The position numbers were made by a program, and so were the translations under genes. DNA of 63,730 bases, the filler included, from Craspedostauros australis (lineage: Eukaryota), in assembly GCA_030167865.1 (NCBI GenBank). It is 6 parts of 6 records of this genome, joined end to end, with 100 filler letters (N's around TTAATTAATTAA, not from the genome) between each part and the next. Parts side by side here need not be neighbours in the genome. Positions count along the whole stretch, not along the records: positions 32,132 to 45,187 come from JALAGF010003948.1; 5 more parts are not named here. One strand, given 5' to 3'. The notes under the pieces are model-generated. The model worked only from the letters and a program-made list of their open reading frames with translations. It was not told where the DNA came from and made no database searches. Shown one piece after another: positions 32,132 through 44,600 of the stretch; the first letter of the stretch is position 1; every line of letters starts with the position of its first letter.

Positions 32132-33904
32132 GTGGTGATCCAGGCGGCGGACGCCAAGCTGGCGCAGAACGACCTGGACAGCGGCATCATGATGTTCCAA
32201 ACGGCGCTGCTGAGCTGGGTCGACGACGCGCGCGAGAACAGCAGCGCAGCGGCCGGCATGGATCCTGAGCAGATGAGGGAGGCCATCGCGACGCTGTGGA
32301 TCGCCTACGCCCACTTCCTGCAGAAGGCCAAGCAGTTCAAGTCCGCGACGGAGGCCTACGAGCAGGCCGTCAACGATCCCGTGGCCGGTGCCGTGGGACG
32401 CATCTGGCTGGACTACGCTCGCTTTGCGGAGGATCGCGGCAAGTTGCGCACAGCGCAGAACGTCTACCTGCGCGCGTTGGTGGGCATGGCGGACGCCAGC
32501 AACGAGCATCAGCCGGCGGCCGTGACGGATGGCCAGGACCAGTCCTTGCTGTGGGGAGAGTTCCTCGAGATGATGCGCAAGAACAATCCGGCGCTCACCT
32601 TGCAGAGCCTCAAGGAGGCCGTGCAGCAGGAGCATGCGCCGGCAGTCTCTGCGACGGCGTCTGTGGCGGCGTCTGGGGATGTTGCCATGGCGGATGTCCC
32701 GGACGCGCCGACCAGTTCAACCTCGTTTCCTGAGGTTCAAGCCTCAGCCTCCGATGCCGCCGTTCCATCCGTGGACAGCGCAACTGCCGCCACAACATCT
32801 GCACCTGCTGCTGCGATTGGTGGCACGGCGCAGCAACCAGCACCCAAGCGAGCTCGTTTGGACACGCCCGATGCTGGAACGCACGACGAAACATCCCGCA
32901 CGCACGTCGTCGTGCTGGCCGACGTCAAGGTGGAGGAATCGGCATTGAAGGAGATTGTGGACAAAGTCGATGAGGAACCCAACTTCATGGCAACCTGGAT
33001 GATGCGCGATGGCGATTCGCCTCCGGAACCACCCAACCCACCGCTCTTTGCACCGGCGCGGCCGAAGCTATCCGACGCGAACGGCAAGGACCTGCTGGGA
33101 GGCGAGCTGGCTCTTGCCCTCATTCGGCGGCTGTTGCAACGATCGGGCGGCGTCGTGCTGGACGTTGCGCGGTCGCTGTGGTATCTCACAGCGGTCAAGG
33201 AGAAGCAACAGAAGCTGGCGCTGGATCGCATCGACGAGCAGCTCAAGGGCGAAGTGAAAAAGCTCAACGAGCGCCTCGCCGAACGCCTCTCCTCCGCGAT
33301 CTTTGCCGGCGCAGCCGAGGCCAGCATCCGCCAAATGAACGACAGCGAACGACACAGCTTTGAGATCACCTGCAACCAACGGCGTCAGCGGGTCCTCAGC
33401 AAGGCGGCGTGGGATTTCCGACAGCTGCTCTGGACGCAGCAGCTGCTGCTCTCGAAGCTCAACGTCCCAGGCTTCAACGGACCCACAGTCGACGGCAGCG
33501 TCCTGGATCTCCAATCGCGCGTCTGCTCCTATCTGCATTCGGCCTTCTACTTGCGAACGCATATCGGCGAGGCCAAGCACGCGGGCATGCTCAAGCTGCA
33601 GGAGGAACGGTTGGTCAAGAGCGGCGTGCAAACGGTGGATCCAGCCTCATTCGCCATCATTCAGGATAACAACAACAATGCTATGCCACCACCTGGGTTC
33701 GGTGCGCCGCAGCACAACCCCGGCATGCCGCCCTATGGAACCGTCTTGCCCCCGCCACCACCCCCACCACCGCCGATGATGGTACCCGGTCAACCGCAGT
33801 ATCCAGGACCGCCCGGCACCTACATGCAGCCGCAGCAGCAGTTCCAAGGTGTCGGGATGATGTACCATCCTGCGGGAGGTCCCAACCAAATGAATTACTC
33901 ATGA
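32132..33904 (+). CDS. HAT/TPR-repeat protein, second assembled copy (5'-truncated at the scaffold start)
   Basis: Translation is identical to the 19339-21138 protein. Confidence 0.7.
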   Translation: MVIQAADAKLAQNDLDSGIMMFQTALLSWVDDARENSSAAAGMDPEQMREAIATLWIAYAHFLQKAKQFKSATEAYEQAVNDPVAGAVGRIWLDYARFAEDRGKLRTAQNVYLRALVGMADASNEHQPAAVTDGQDQSLLWGEFLEMMRKNNPALTLQSLKEAVQQEHAPAVSATASVAASGDVAMADVPDAPTSSTSFPEVQASASDAAVPSVDSATAATTSAPAAAIGGTAQQPAPKRARLDTPDAGTHDETSRTHVVVLADVKVEESALKEIVDKVDEEPNFMATWMMRDGDSPPEPPNPPLFAPARPKLSDANGKDLLGGELALALIRRLLQRSGGVVLDVARSLWYLTAVKEKQQKLALDRIDEQLKGEVKKLNERLAERLSSAIFAGAAEASIRQMNDSERHSFEITCNQRRQRVLSKAAWDFRQLLWTQQLLLSKLNVPGFNGPTVDGSVLDLQSRVCSYLHSAFYLRTHIGEAKHAGMLKLQEERLVKSGVQTVDPASFAIIQDNNNNAMPPPGFGAPQHNPGMPPYGTVLPPPPPPPPPMMVPGQPQYPGPPGTYMQPQQQFQGVGMMYHPAGGPNQMNYS

Positions 33905-34308
33905 TGCGGGGTACTAAGAGTAGCTAGGAAAGGCAAGAGTTGTATTCGAGTAAAACAGGGCATTCTCTTGAGTTTGCGTGACTATGGCAGTGGACGATTG
34001 ACTCTGATGCCGAAGTGGTGACTGCAGCTCGTCAAGTGTCTTTCTACGAGCCTGTATTTCCACAGAGTAATTTCATCTATGCGAGCTAACCGTCGCAGCA
34101 TACTAGCTCATACTTAACCACGTACGAGGACATTGTACGACGCTTCGACTTACCTGCGCTGGTGGAATGCCCATGACCATGGCCATGACCGTCGACTGAG
34201 CCAGCGCACTTCAATTTCATCTGATCCCAATGCAGTGATCGATGAATGGAACGGAAGGGCTGCGCAACCAAAGCGCTGATACTCGACACAGTTTCATGGC
34301 CCACCGTT

Positions 34309-35572
34309 CTATTCACCGTCCGTCAGCATTGTGCTCTGCAACATCGCAGCCACCTTGGCAACGAATATGCTTGCATCCCGATCAGTCTGCGACAAGTTGT
34401 GATTCCCAGTCGGCATGTACAACGCTTCCGCCACCCGTTCTTCTTCTGACGTGCAGTGCCGATTCATGGCGCGGACCAGTCGCTGCGTGAACTCTTTCGT
34501 GTCCGCGTGCTTCGCGACGTACTCATCGGCACCTGAAAATGCCACGAGCAACCTTAGGTTGGAAAGCTTGCCCACATGCCCCAACCGATCGGCCAGTTGA
34601 TCATCGGTGAAATCGCTGCTGAAGTAGTCGTCGCGACCACCAATCTCGTGCAAATCCAGAAACCGCTGCGCTGTGATTGGCGCCCAGAAGGCCGCGCGCG
34701 GCATCATCTCGTCGGGCCTTCCATCCTGCACCATGGTCTTGGCCGTGATGACGTTTGCCTTCCACGTCTTCGCATCCTCGTCCATGGGACCTTCGCGGTC
34801 GCTGACCGAACCTTGCAACGCGACCGCCCTCGTCTTGTCCACCAGCTCCTGCGGTCCGTGCTCGAGGAAGTGGATGGAGTTCTGGCATCCTGTGGAGTGA
34901 CCGACCAACGCGAACGTCTCACCTGATCGATGGTGCGACAAGTATGCTAGAAGTTGGCTGTGGATGCAATCAATTGGGGATGCACAAAAAGAGCACATGA
35001 TATTATAGATGCAATGCATTGCGATGATGTTGAGAACACTTCATAGGTGGGCATGCTTTGCATGGCACACCTCCTACGAGCTACTCTGAACGGTCGCTGT
35101 TTGAATGAAATTAAGAATGCGTCGGCGATAACATTCCGACACGTTCTCGTATGAGTATGATCCCACAAATGCAATCGCCAAGCTTCTTCAGCAGCAACCC
35201 ATCACCATCTCAATGCTTGGCGCACCATCGTGCCGCTCACCTGATCTCATCCGTGTCACGTCCCAGATCGCCATTTCCAAATCCCAAATAGCTCGACGAA
35301 AGAACCGGCTGCACCAAACTCCAACCGAGGTTGTGGCATGCAGATTCCAACGACTTGGTGTACGGCGTGGGGATCAACCCGTCGCTCAGACCACCAATCA
35401 AAATGCACTTGTGCTTGGGAAGATTGCCATCGCTTTCTTGCAACTGTGTTGCTGCTGGAGGCAATGATTCGAATGCCACCAGATTGCGTGCGTACTGGAA
35501 TAGAGCACCAGTGAAGGTACCGTACGGCGACAGTGGTGGTGCTTGTGCCATAACAGTTGTTGGCGAAATCAT
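34309..35572 (-). CDS. DUF1749 alpha/beta hydrolase, second assembled copy (exons 35572-35241 and 34957-34309)
   Basis: Identical to 17671-18934. Confidence 0.85.
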
Positions 35573-36204
35573 AGTCGTAGTTCTGCTCGGGGGATCACGG
35601 TTCTGTGCGTTGCTGAGATTTGATGACTCCAATCGCGACAGTGGCAGTGACGTTGACGACGAGGTGCCGATGGTGAGACGATGTGCGCTCTCTCTCCCTT
35701 GTCTCCCTTGTCTTTTGAGCTTGATGCGGTTTGGCAAAGCGCATGGGTGGGTGCACCACAGCTCGCACGCATCCACGATAACCGAATCGAGTTTAAAATC
35801 CGAACATCGATTGTTCCAACAAGAATCGTTGAAAGTCCTCATTGAAAAAACGCCAATAACGTCCAAACAACGGTTTGCAAAGAGGTGAATGGTATGAGTT
35901 TGACTCGATCGACTTGAGGTTGAATGGCTCTAAACACGACTGAATCGAGCAATGTTCGTGGACTTCCGAACAACAGATTCAGCAGAATTCATGTGCCGTG
36001 ATCGAGAAGGAGGCAAACACAGGGAAACACAAGAGAAAGAGAGGACCATGCGACCAAGACCACAACACGCACCACTCAACACCATACTCGAGCACATCAA
36101 CAACAGACATCTCTGCCATAGGCGTAATAGCTCAGACTACACACTTTCTCGATAGCCAATCGTCCAACGCCAATCGTCCATCAAGCACCCACCATCCTCT
36201 CCAA

Positions 36205-38520
36205 ATGCCGAATGTTACAAACACACAACTCCTTAATGCTGCCGAGACAGGTGACTTGTCGGTGTTGAAGGAATGGAAGAAGCAGAACAAGACACAGAAC
36301 GAAGGAGTTGATGTCAACTGCGAAGACAGTAATGGTTGGACTCCCCTCCATTTGGCATGCCTCGAAGGACAGCTGGAGTGTGTGAAGTACCTCATCGAAT
36401 CATGCGGGGCGGACATCAACTGCAAAGACAACAATGGTTACACTCCCCTTCATCATGCATGCTCCAACGGCCAGCCGGAGTGCGCGAAGTACCTAATCAA
36501 ATCATGCGGGGCTGACGTCAACTGCAAAAACAACACCGGTCTCACTCCCCTTCATGCGGCATGCTACCTTGGCAGGCTGGAGTGTGTCAAGTACCTCATC
36601 GAATCATGTGAGGCGGACATCAACCGCAAAGCCAACTATGGTGACACTCCCCTTCATCATGCATGCAACAACGGCCACCTGGAGTGTGTTGCGTACCTCG
36701 TTGCATCATGTGAGGCGGACATCAACTGCAAAGACAACGATGGTGACACTCCCCTTCATGATGCATGCTCCAAAGGCCACCTGGAGTGTGTTGTGTACCT
36801 TGTTGCATCAACCAATGCCGATACCGACATTCAAAACAACAACAACAAAACGCCCCTCGATGTGATCGATGCAACACTTCAAATCAAGATGATAAAACGT
36901 CTCGATCATCTGAGTCACCGCAACTCACAACTGCAGGAGAAGAACGAACACCTGGAACAGCAGCTGAAATGGGAGAAGGAAGTAAAGAGGCAGAACGAGA
37001 AGGAGAATGAACAACTGGAACAGCAGTTGGAACGGGAGAAGGAAGCGAAGAGACAGAATGAGCAGGAGAATGAACAACTGAAACGGCAGTTGGAACAGAA
37101 GGAGCAAGAGAATGAACAACTGAAACAGCAGCTGAAATGGGAGAAGGAAGAGAAGAAGCAGAAGGAGCAGGAGAACGAACAACTGGAACAGCAGTTGGAA
37201 CAGAAGGAGCAAGAGAAGACACAGAAGGAGGAAGAGAATGAACAATTGAAACAGCAATTGGAACGGAAGGAGGAATCAACACAGCGCTTGCTCTCGAAAA
37301 GTCAACAGGAGAACGAACAACTGAAACGGAAGTTGAAACAACATCTCAAGATCAGCATCGACCAAGATCGTTGCGCTGCTGTTCATGCTGAGGCCATCGC
37401 AGACATTACCTTCCTGTGCGGACAAGGGGACGAACAACAATCAATCAAGGCAAACTCCGCAGTCCTCATGGTCACTGTCCCATCCATTCAGACACTGATC
37501 AACTCTGGAATCCAACATCAATGCACTCACAATGGTGCCCATGATGGCGCTCAAGATACAACTGAACCCATCCAAACAACCGTCCCTCTTCCCAACTTTC
37601 AACCAAAACACGTCCGATACGTCCTCCAATGTATCTACAGAGGTGAGATATCCTTCAACAACAACACTCATGACTTCGCTGGCGATGATGACGCAAGCCA
37701 GCCCACTCCCACCCTCACTGGACAGGATGATCTGCAACAGCTGATCCTTGTGGCCAACGAGTTTGGCTTTTGGCGACTCAAGCTTGTTCTTGAAGCAGAG
37801 TTGGCCTGCAAGCATCTCACAGAGGACACCATGATAGATGTGTTGATATTCGCCCATCAACACAACTGCTTGGTGTTGAAGGATGCAGCGATGAGAATGG
37901 TTGCTGAAAGTGAGAAAGACATGTTCACTCATCCAGATTTCGGCAAGCTGATTCTACACCATCAACTGATGACGGAGACCCAGGTGTTTTGCAGTGGAAG
38001 AATGGAGAGTGATGGTATTGATGACGAGTACAGCCACATGTCCATGGTGGAGTTGTACAAGGTCATAGATGAGGACAAGGGTACAGCACAAGTGGATTCA
38101 TACATGGATCGGGCAACATTGGTGGACTTCGTCCGCTCTTTGAGTATCAAATCATCCAAAGTGATTGAGACGGACGGCGCTGCCACTGAAGACTTGAACC
38201 CAGACAGCATCACGGCCATGGCATTCTTGCCATGGCTGTTAGTTCTGTTGTTGGCACTGCGATTGCCCATGCCCCAAGATCTTCTCTACTCCGGAGCAGT
38301 CGGTTTGATATCTTCCTTTCTGATGTCGCTGAGCGATGCGCCACATTTGAGATCGCTGTTCGTCACCGCTCGTCATTCATCATTGGCATCATCATCGGCA
38401 TCATCAGCATCATCATCGTCTCTTGCCATGGTCGCCTTCATCGATGCTGGTTGGCGTGCCATACTTTGCGCAGCTGCCGCTTGCTTGATTACTTCATTGC
38501 TTCATTTCTTTGTTGCTTGA
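36205..38520 (+). CDS. Ankyrin-repeat / coiled-coil / BTB(-BACK) protein with a hydrophobic C-terminal extension
   Basis: Five near-identical ANK repeats (GxTPLHxAC..GxLECVxYL..ADIN), then (ENEQLxQQLE)n coiled-coil repeats, then a BTB-like region (ADITFLCG..IKAN..L; VLQCIYRG; LILVANEFG..LK). Likely ATG at 36205. Confidence 0.85.
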   Translation: MPNVTNTQLLNAAETGDLSVLKEWKKQNKTQNEGVDVNCEDSNGWTPLHLACLEGQLECVKYLIESCGADINCKDNNGYTPLHHACSNGQPECAKYLIKSCGADVNCKNNTGLTPLHAACYLGRLECVKYLIESCEADINRKANYGDTPLHHACNNGHLECVAYLVASCEADINCKDNDGDTPLHDACSKGHLECVVYLVASTNADTDIQNNNNKTPLDVIDATLQIKMIKRLDHLSHRNSQLQEKNEHLEQQLKWEKEVKRQNEKENEQLEQQLEREKEAKRQNEQENEQLKRQLEQKEQENEQLKQQLKWEKEEKKQKEQENEQLEQQLEQKEQEKTQKEEENEQLKQQLERKEESTQRLLSKSQQENEQLKRKLKQHLKISIDQDRCAAVHAEAIADITFLCGQGDEQQSIKANSAVLMVTVPSIQTLINSGIQHQCTHNGAHDGAQDTTEPIQTTVPLPNFQPKHVRYVLQCIYRGEISFNNNTHDFAGDDDASQPTPTLTGQDDLQQLILVANEFGFWRLKLVLEAELACKHLTEDTMIDVLIFAHQHNCLVLKDAAMRMVAESEKDMFTHPDFGKLILHHQLMTETQVFCSGRMESDGIDDEYSHMSMVELYKVIDEDKGTAQVDSYMDRATLVDFVRSLSIKSSKVIETDGAATEDLNPDSITAMAFLPWLLVLLLALRLPMPQDLLYSGAVGLISSFLMSLSDAPHLRSLFVTARHSSLASSSASSASSSSLAMVAFIDAGWRAILCAAAACLITSLLHFFVA

Positions 38521-38937
38521 CGGACAATGTCTCAGTGTTGTCTGACACCTCCATCAATGTAAACATAGTCATACCATTTCATCACTCTCTCTCTCTCTTT
38601 TTGTGTTGATGTTGTTTGATGGACCATTGTGCAAAATTGAAGATTCGTTGTTTTGGGTATCGTCAAGGAATTGCTGGTGCGTTTTGGTGCCATTCGTAGT
38701 TCATTCAACCTCACGTACGCACTAACGCCAACAACTTCAATTTGTCAAGTTGTGACAACTCGGTGGATCTTATACAAGCTCTAGTCGTACCACAGATCAT
38801 GCTTACACGTAATCTCGAGACGGAGAGATAGATCGAGCGAGAACGGAGATAACCAGAGCCTTGATTTGTCGATATGTGTTGTTTTCGTTTCACACGCTCC
38901 AGAGTAGTTCCAAACCTTCACCCACGCGACGTGTTGA

Positions 38938-40788
38938 TCATTCATCGCTGTCGACGTCTAGGTCGACGCTTCCATACGAGGATTCCACATCGTGTGTATT
39001 CTCGTATTCCCCGAGGATGGAAGCGTCGATGCCATCGCCCTGATCCGCATGGGACATGCGACTGTAAAGATGAGCGCAGTAGATCGGCAGCGCGCAAACC
39101 AGCACCAGCATACTATTGACGTATGAATACTTGCCATCCGCGTACGACTCCGTCCACACCGCCAGCGGGTACTGAACCAGAGTGAAGACTGCCGCGGTTG
39201 TGAACACGCAGCCCAACGTCCGCCCCATGGTCTCCACACCGAACGTCATGGCCAGGAACGTGTTCAGCGTAGCGTACAGGTAGGCGCGGAATGCCGTGAA
39301 GAGGACGAAGTTGCCGACCTGCACATTCAGGGATGGGATGCACAGGATCACGCCGAATATCACGCCCAGGCCATTGGCCACGTGGATCATGCCATGGATG
39401 CCAAGTATGGAAGCCGTCCGTTCGATCCAGGGCACGAAGATGACGCCGCACGGGAGGACCCAGCTGAAGATCTTGGCATACTTGCTGGTGACATCGCCGT
39501 AGTGGAGAAGCAAGTCGTCTACCGTCATGATGAAGAAGTTGCTTCGCATCATGTGCACGCTGGCAAAGATGAGCGCCAATCCGAAGTCGTAGGTCTGCAT
39601 CTGCTCCCCGACTGGAAGTCGTTGGATGCCTCGCCGTTCGATCCAGACAACGTGTGGGTCTACTCGTACCCTGCGCACTTTGCCATCGCGGCTCTGCTTA
39701 TGTTGTTGTTGTCGGTGCTGGTGCGGCACTTTCTGCGTCTGTTTAGGTTTTCGTTGAATACGTGTCACCACGACGATGTCCTCACTGTGTTGTGCTTCCG
39801 CAATGAGAGGAACAGTCTCTGTTGGAAGCGATGAATTATGCTGCAGTTGCTGACACTGGATGGCGTTTCTATCTTCGTTGTTCTCATCGTCATTCTTGCC
39901 ATTATTGGGTTCGCGATGACCAGCTGCCTTGGCAGCGTCAACCGCATTGTGCGATTTCACAAAGCCCTTCCAATCTCGCCGCTCCAGAACGATCCAGCAA
40001 GCGATGAGAGTCGAGTACACCACCAGCGCCCACATTGCGTAGGCGGCGAAGAGGAGACGTCGCTGCACTCCAAACTTTTCCTGAAGGACTTCGAAGACGA
40101 AGAACACGACGGATGATGCATCGAACAGGCAGCTGCAGGCCGCCAAGAGCAGCGTCTGTGCTTGCAGCAGCAGGAAGGTCGCCGGGAAGGAGCTCAGCAT
40201 GGTCATGCAACCACCGATACCCATCAGAGAATATGCCAGCGCGAAGTAGTCGCCCCCAGCGGCACTCCTGTTCGTCGCTGAGGTGGATTGCCCAAAGCCG
40301 TCGGCACCGAGGGTTGCTTCATGATGATCGTTGGATTCGGAGATCGCAAAAAGCAATAGGCCTGTTATTTGAATGACCGCGCAGAGCGATAGCACCGTGG
40401 ACTTCGGGAGGCGATCCAAGATGTATCCAACTGGCAACGACGCGAAGGAGAGCCAGAACTGCGCCAGCGTGAACATACCGAACAACGTATTCGTCTGCTC
40501 GGAGCAATCCATCCGACTGGCTCCATCACCCGAGAAAGATGCGGCAGTCGTGCCGTTGTGGATGGCGACGCAAAGCTCCAAATACTGTCCCTCGCGAAGC
40601 AGTATGAGCTCCAACGGCGCCCATCCAAAGATGATTCCCGAGAAGCACACGACGCTCAATTGTCCAAAGATGTTGGTTGCCCAACAGAGCCAGGTAGGGA
40701 TGTGCATTGTGCTGGACGGCGTTTGCGTCAGCGATCGTGGTGGTGATGGTGATGGAGCCTGTGGTTTGATTTCTTGTCTGGCTCCCAT
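38938..40788 (-). CDS. SLC43-like MFS transporter, second assembled copy
   Basis: 616-aa translation identical to 29967-31817. Confidence 0.85.
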   Translation of the reverse strand: MGARQEIKPQAPSPSPPRSLTQTPSSTMHIPTWLCWATNIFGQLSVVCFSGIIFGWAPLELILLREGQYLELCVAIHNGTTAASFSGDGASRMDCSEQTNTLFGMFTLAQFWLSFASLPVGYILDRLPKSTVLSLCAVIQITGLLLFAISESNDHHEATLGADGFGQSTSATNRSAAGGDYFALAYSLMGIGGCMTMLSSFPATFLLLQAQTLLLAACSCLFDASSVVFFVFEVLQEKFGVQRRLLFAAYAMWALVVYSTLIACWIVLERRDWKGFVKSHNAVDAAKAAGHREPNNGKNDDENNEDRNAIQCQQLQHNSSLPTETVPLIAEAQHSEDIVVVTRIQRKPKQTQKVPHQHRQQQHKQSRDGKVRRVRVDPHVVWIERRGIQRLPVGEQMQTYDFGLALIFASVHMMRSNFFIMTVDDLLLHYGDVTSKYAKIFSWVLPCGVIFVPWIERTASILGIHGMIHVANGLGVIFGVILCIPSLNVQVGNFVLFTAFRAYLYATLNTFLAMTFGVETMGRTLGCVFTTAAVFTLVQYPLAVWTESYADGKYSYVNSMLVLVCALPIYCAHLYSRMSHADQGDGIDASILGEYENTHDVESSYGSVDLDVDSDE

Positions 40789-41627
40789 TGTTCTTCAGAT
40801 AGCGTGCGGTTTGACTAGTCGGTAGATCAGGATGCTGCAAGATCAGCGCAGAGTGGATGGCTTGATGGATGCCTGAATGGAATGGATTGGATTTGATGCA
40901 TGAAATGGTCACATGACGAAGCGGACACCACCGGTCCAAATCCATCACATGGGTTGGGATGAAGGGAGATGAGAGGGAAAGAGAGAAAGGCGCATGACCA
41001 TGGGCATGCCAACGCTGTTGTTGCTGCTGCTTGTGCTCCAGATGGAGGGGACAACGAGAACCATCGTCCATCTGGGTTCTCGTTTGTGGAATGGGGAAGG
41101 AAGTGTTCTCCTTTTCATGTCGATCGGAGAAGAAAGGTGGTTGGGGAGTCGGAAGGCGCGCACAGCGATACACATGAAAGCCAGTCGGCCGATCATTGGG
41201 CACGACTCCAATGAAGCGAAAGTCACAAGATTGTTCCACGATTGGAGTTAGCACATCTCGGAACGAAACAAACGTCCCAACCTGCTGCGCTTCCCCTTGT
41301 TGATGTCTCATCAGTTGCTTTCGTTGCTGACAGTGGTGATGTCGCCATCGTCATTTGTTGGGTGGTGGTGGAGACAACTGGGCACGCACATCATCGATGT
41401 GTTCTCCGTCAGCCCAAACTCAATCCAACTCGGTCCAACTCGATCCACCTTGGACTCCACCCGCCCGATTTCATCTCACCTTCATCTCCACAATCGCCTC
41501 GACGACCCTTGGCATTGACGTCGACTTCGACTCCAACCGTCTCCGACCTCGTCGGTCAGTGCAACGAGGAGTAGCCGCAAAAGCAGCAGTAGCAGTGGAA
41601 AGAACCGGAGTATAGGAGTTGGCGTTG

Positions 41628-44600
41628 ATGGGCCAGCCCGTATCAACCATCGATCATTCGGAAGAGGCGGTGCACAGCAGCGCACCCAATAGAGTCGAGA
41701 CCGCGGCTCATTTCAATTCTTCATCCATATCTTCATCATCATTGGTGCCGCCCGCAACACCAATAGTATCTGCACAGACATCTGCAGAGGCAACCACAAA
41801 AACTCTCCGCAGTTTGGACATGTCCACAACAGCAGAAGTGACTGCTGCTTCGAACGATACAGCAGAGCAGCCGCAATTGCAATCCAACCAACAATCTGAA
41901 CAAATTCAGCACCCAACTCACACCAAAATGGACGCAAACGAAGCAGATATCAACGCTGAACCCGCAGCTGACGACACGGCAGAAATCGAACAACAAGCAA
42001 AGACGGGAGCGATGGAACATGCCGAAGATGTATCGGGGGAATCATCGCTCACCAACGCAGGAATCAATGCAGGAATCAATGCAGGAATCAATGCAGGAAC
42101 CAACGCAGGTTCGAGCGATAGTTCCGAGAAGATGACAACAGCCGTGTGGGATGTGACATCAGAAGCCTCGAGGTTGCAGCAACAGCATGCGGAGCTGCTG
42201 CAATCTTTGGTGCTCCGCTATTCGACGTCGTCGCTACACAAGTACATGGATCTTCCTATGATCGCGGTCATGGGGGACACCTCGAGTGGCAAATCGTCTC
42301 TGTTGTCGAGCCTTTCAGGGTTGGAGCTGCCGTCATCATCGACCCTCACCACAAGATGTCCCATCGTCATCCAGCTCATCCAGCAGCCCGCGGATGCGAA
42401 GCGCACAATCAGCTCGATCGAAGCCACAGTCCAAATCGCCTGGCAACCAGCGGCGACATCTGTTTCTGCTTCTGCCTCTGTTTTTCGCCACGAGGACAGA
42501 CCCGCCTCACCCACACATCCATCTCCGGCGCGTGACCGCAAACGCGAGCTGGAGCATCACCATGATAAAGTGGCGCCACCAACCTTCCCGTCGATCCATC
42601 TCAATGGCCCTGCCGCAGTTTCGCAGGAATTGTCCGGTTCGATTCAGCTCGCTCAGGACTGCATCCTGGAACACCGTTCGCCCGCTCGCATCGCGCCGGA
42701 CCAAATCCATGTGACCGTCATTAGCAAAAGCACCAGCACGAGGACATCGACGACGCTCACTCTCGTGGACCTGCCTGGGTTGGTCCAGTTCGATGCCTCC
42801 AAGGACTCCGCGGCTGTTTCGCCTTCTGGATCTGCCGACGGCAAATCTAAACGGCATGTGTACGCAGGATCGTCGCTGCTGGATGCTCCCGCCACAGAGG
42901 AGAAGAAGGTGGAGCAGGACGAACTGAACAGCTCGCAAACTTCGCACAATCAGCAACCACATTTGCGACAGATGCAGCAGAATCAGCAATCATTGCAGCA
43001 GCAGGTGCACGACGTCATGCAGGACTACTGCATGAACCCGAACTGCTTCGTCCTTGCCGTTCTGCCAGCGCCGGTGGATATCCACAACTCCACAGTCCTG
43101 CAGTGGATGCGACAGCCTCACATTGATCCCTCTGGGGAACGCACCATCCCCGTCTTCACCAAGCCAGATCTCATGGATCCTGGAAGCGAGCAGCCCGTCT
43201 TGGATCTGCTTCTCGACCATGCGAGTACCAGTGTCACTAGCTCCGGAGAATCCACCAAGTCGCCGTCGCAGCCTTGGTTCTTGGTCAAGAACCGCGGCCA
43301 AGCAGCGCGGGACAGTTCGTCGTCTGTGTCGCAAGGGTGGGATGCTGAGGACAAATTCTTCGCTCATGACCAATCGCCATGGAAGGCAGTGGCGGCGGAT
43401 CAACTGGGCGTTCCCAACCTGCGCCGGTACTTGGTCAACCTGCAGTGGCGACGCACCATGATGATGCTGCCTCCGTTGCTGCAGGAATTGACGCAGCAGC
43501 GCGATGACTGTCAGGTTCAGTTGGATGCGTTGGGGACCTTCTTCACCACCCCGCTGGAACGCCGCCAATGCTACCAGGAGATGATCCAGGAATTTGCTCA
43601 TCTGCTGGATGGATCACTGTCCGGTAAAGGTGGACGCTCAAGGTCTCGATTGCTGAGATCGAGACGCAAAGCAAAGCCAGGCAACGATGGCGGTAGTGGT
43701 AGCGGTGGCAGCGGATCTTCGTTTGCTTCAGCGAGTACAAGCTCTGCGAACGGCGCGGTGTCTGAGGCTGCTCATCGAGGTAGTATCTTTGCAAATGCAG
43801 ACACAAATGCATGCACAACCAGAAGCGGTGACGGCAGCAGCAGCAATGGCACCGGCACAGGCAAGCAGCATTCGAAGATCCCCATGGCAGCAACACAACT
43901 GCATCAAGCCATTAACGAATTCCGGTCGTCTGTTCGATCGAGCGCATTGGCGACCATCCAGTCTCTCACTGAGGGCACCCATGTCTGGGTGCGGTCCCCT
44001 TTGCACCCAACGATTGATGTCCGTGGTGAGATCGTGCACATCCATCATGCTGCCAGCAACCGGCACGGTGCCATTGATGGCAGCAGCGATGACGAGGAGT
44101 CGTACGCCTGTGTTGATTTTCTGGATCCACGCGATCATACCACGGACGTGCTGTTCGACGCTGTCGGGTACAACAACCCACCACCGCCACCACCATCGTA
44201 CTTGGATCAAGCGTGCGACGAGGAGGCTGGTCAGGAGTCGTACCAAGTGGATGATGTGTGGACAGACGGCATCAAGGTGTACATCGCGAGAGACTACAAT
44301 CGCTTCGATAGCCTGCGGAAGATACCATTGGCGCGGATTCGAACAGATCCGTCGTGGCTCATGGAGAAGCTGCAGATGACGGACGACCTGGCGTGCTTCA
44401 TCAACGTGGATCAATTCCGTCACATTGTCGCCGAGTTCGTCCAGTCGGATTGGATCCCCCCGTGCGTGGACCTGATGCAGCAAGTGGAAGGCATCCTCAT
44501 GGGTACAGTGGAGGCATGCTGGGATGAGGTGTTTGGTGTTTACAACGATACCGGAAGGACGAGCTCCACTGGGTTGGCTGTGTCGTCGTCATCGTCGTTG

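Larger units (their letters stand above)
32132..35960. repeat. Reverse-complement duplicate of 17283-21111 (3,829 bp)
   Basis: The ORF set is identical and mirrored (coordinate sum 53243). Both ends were checked base by base. Confidence 0.95.
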
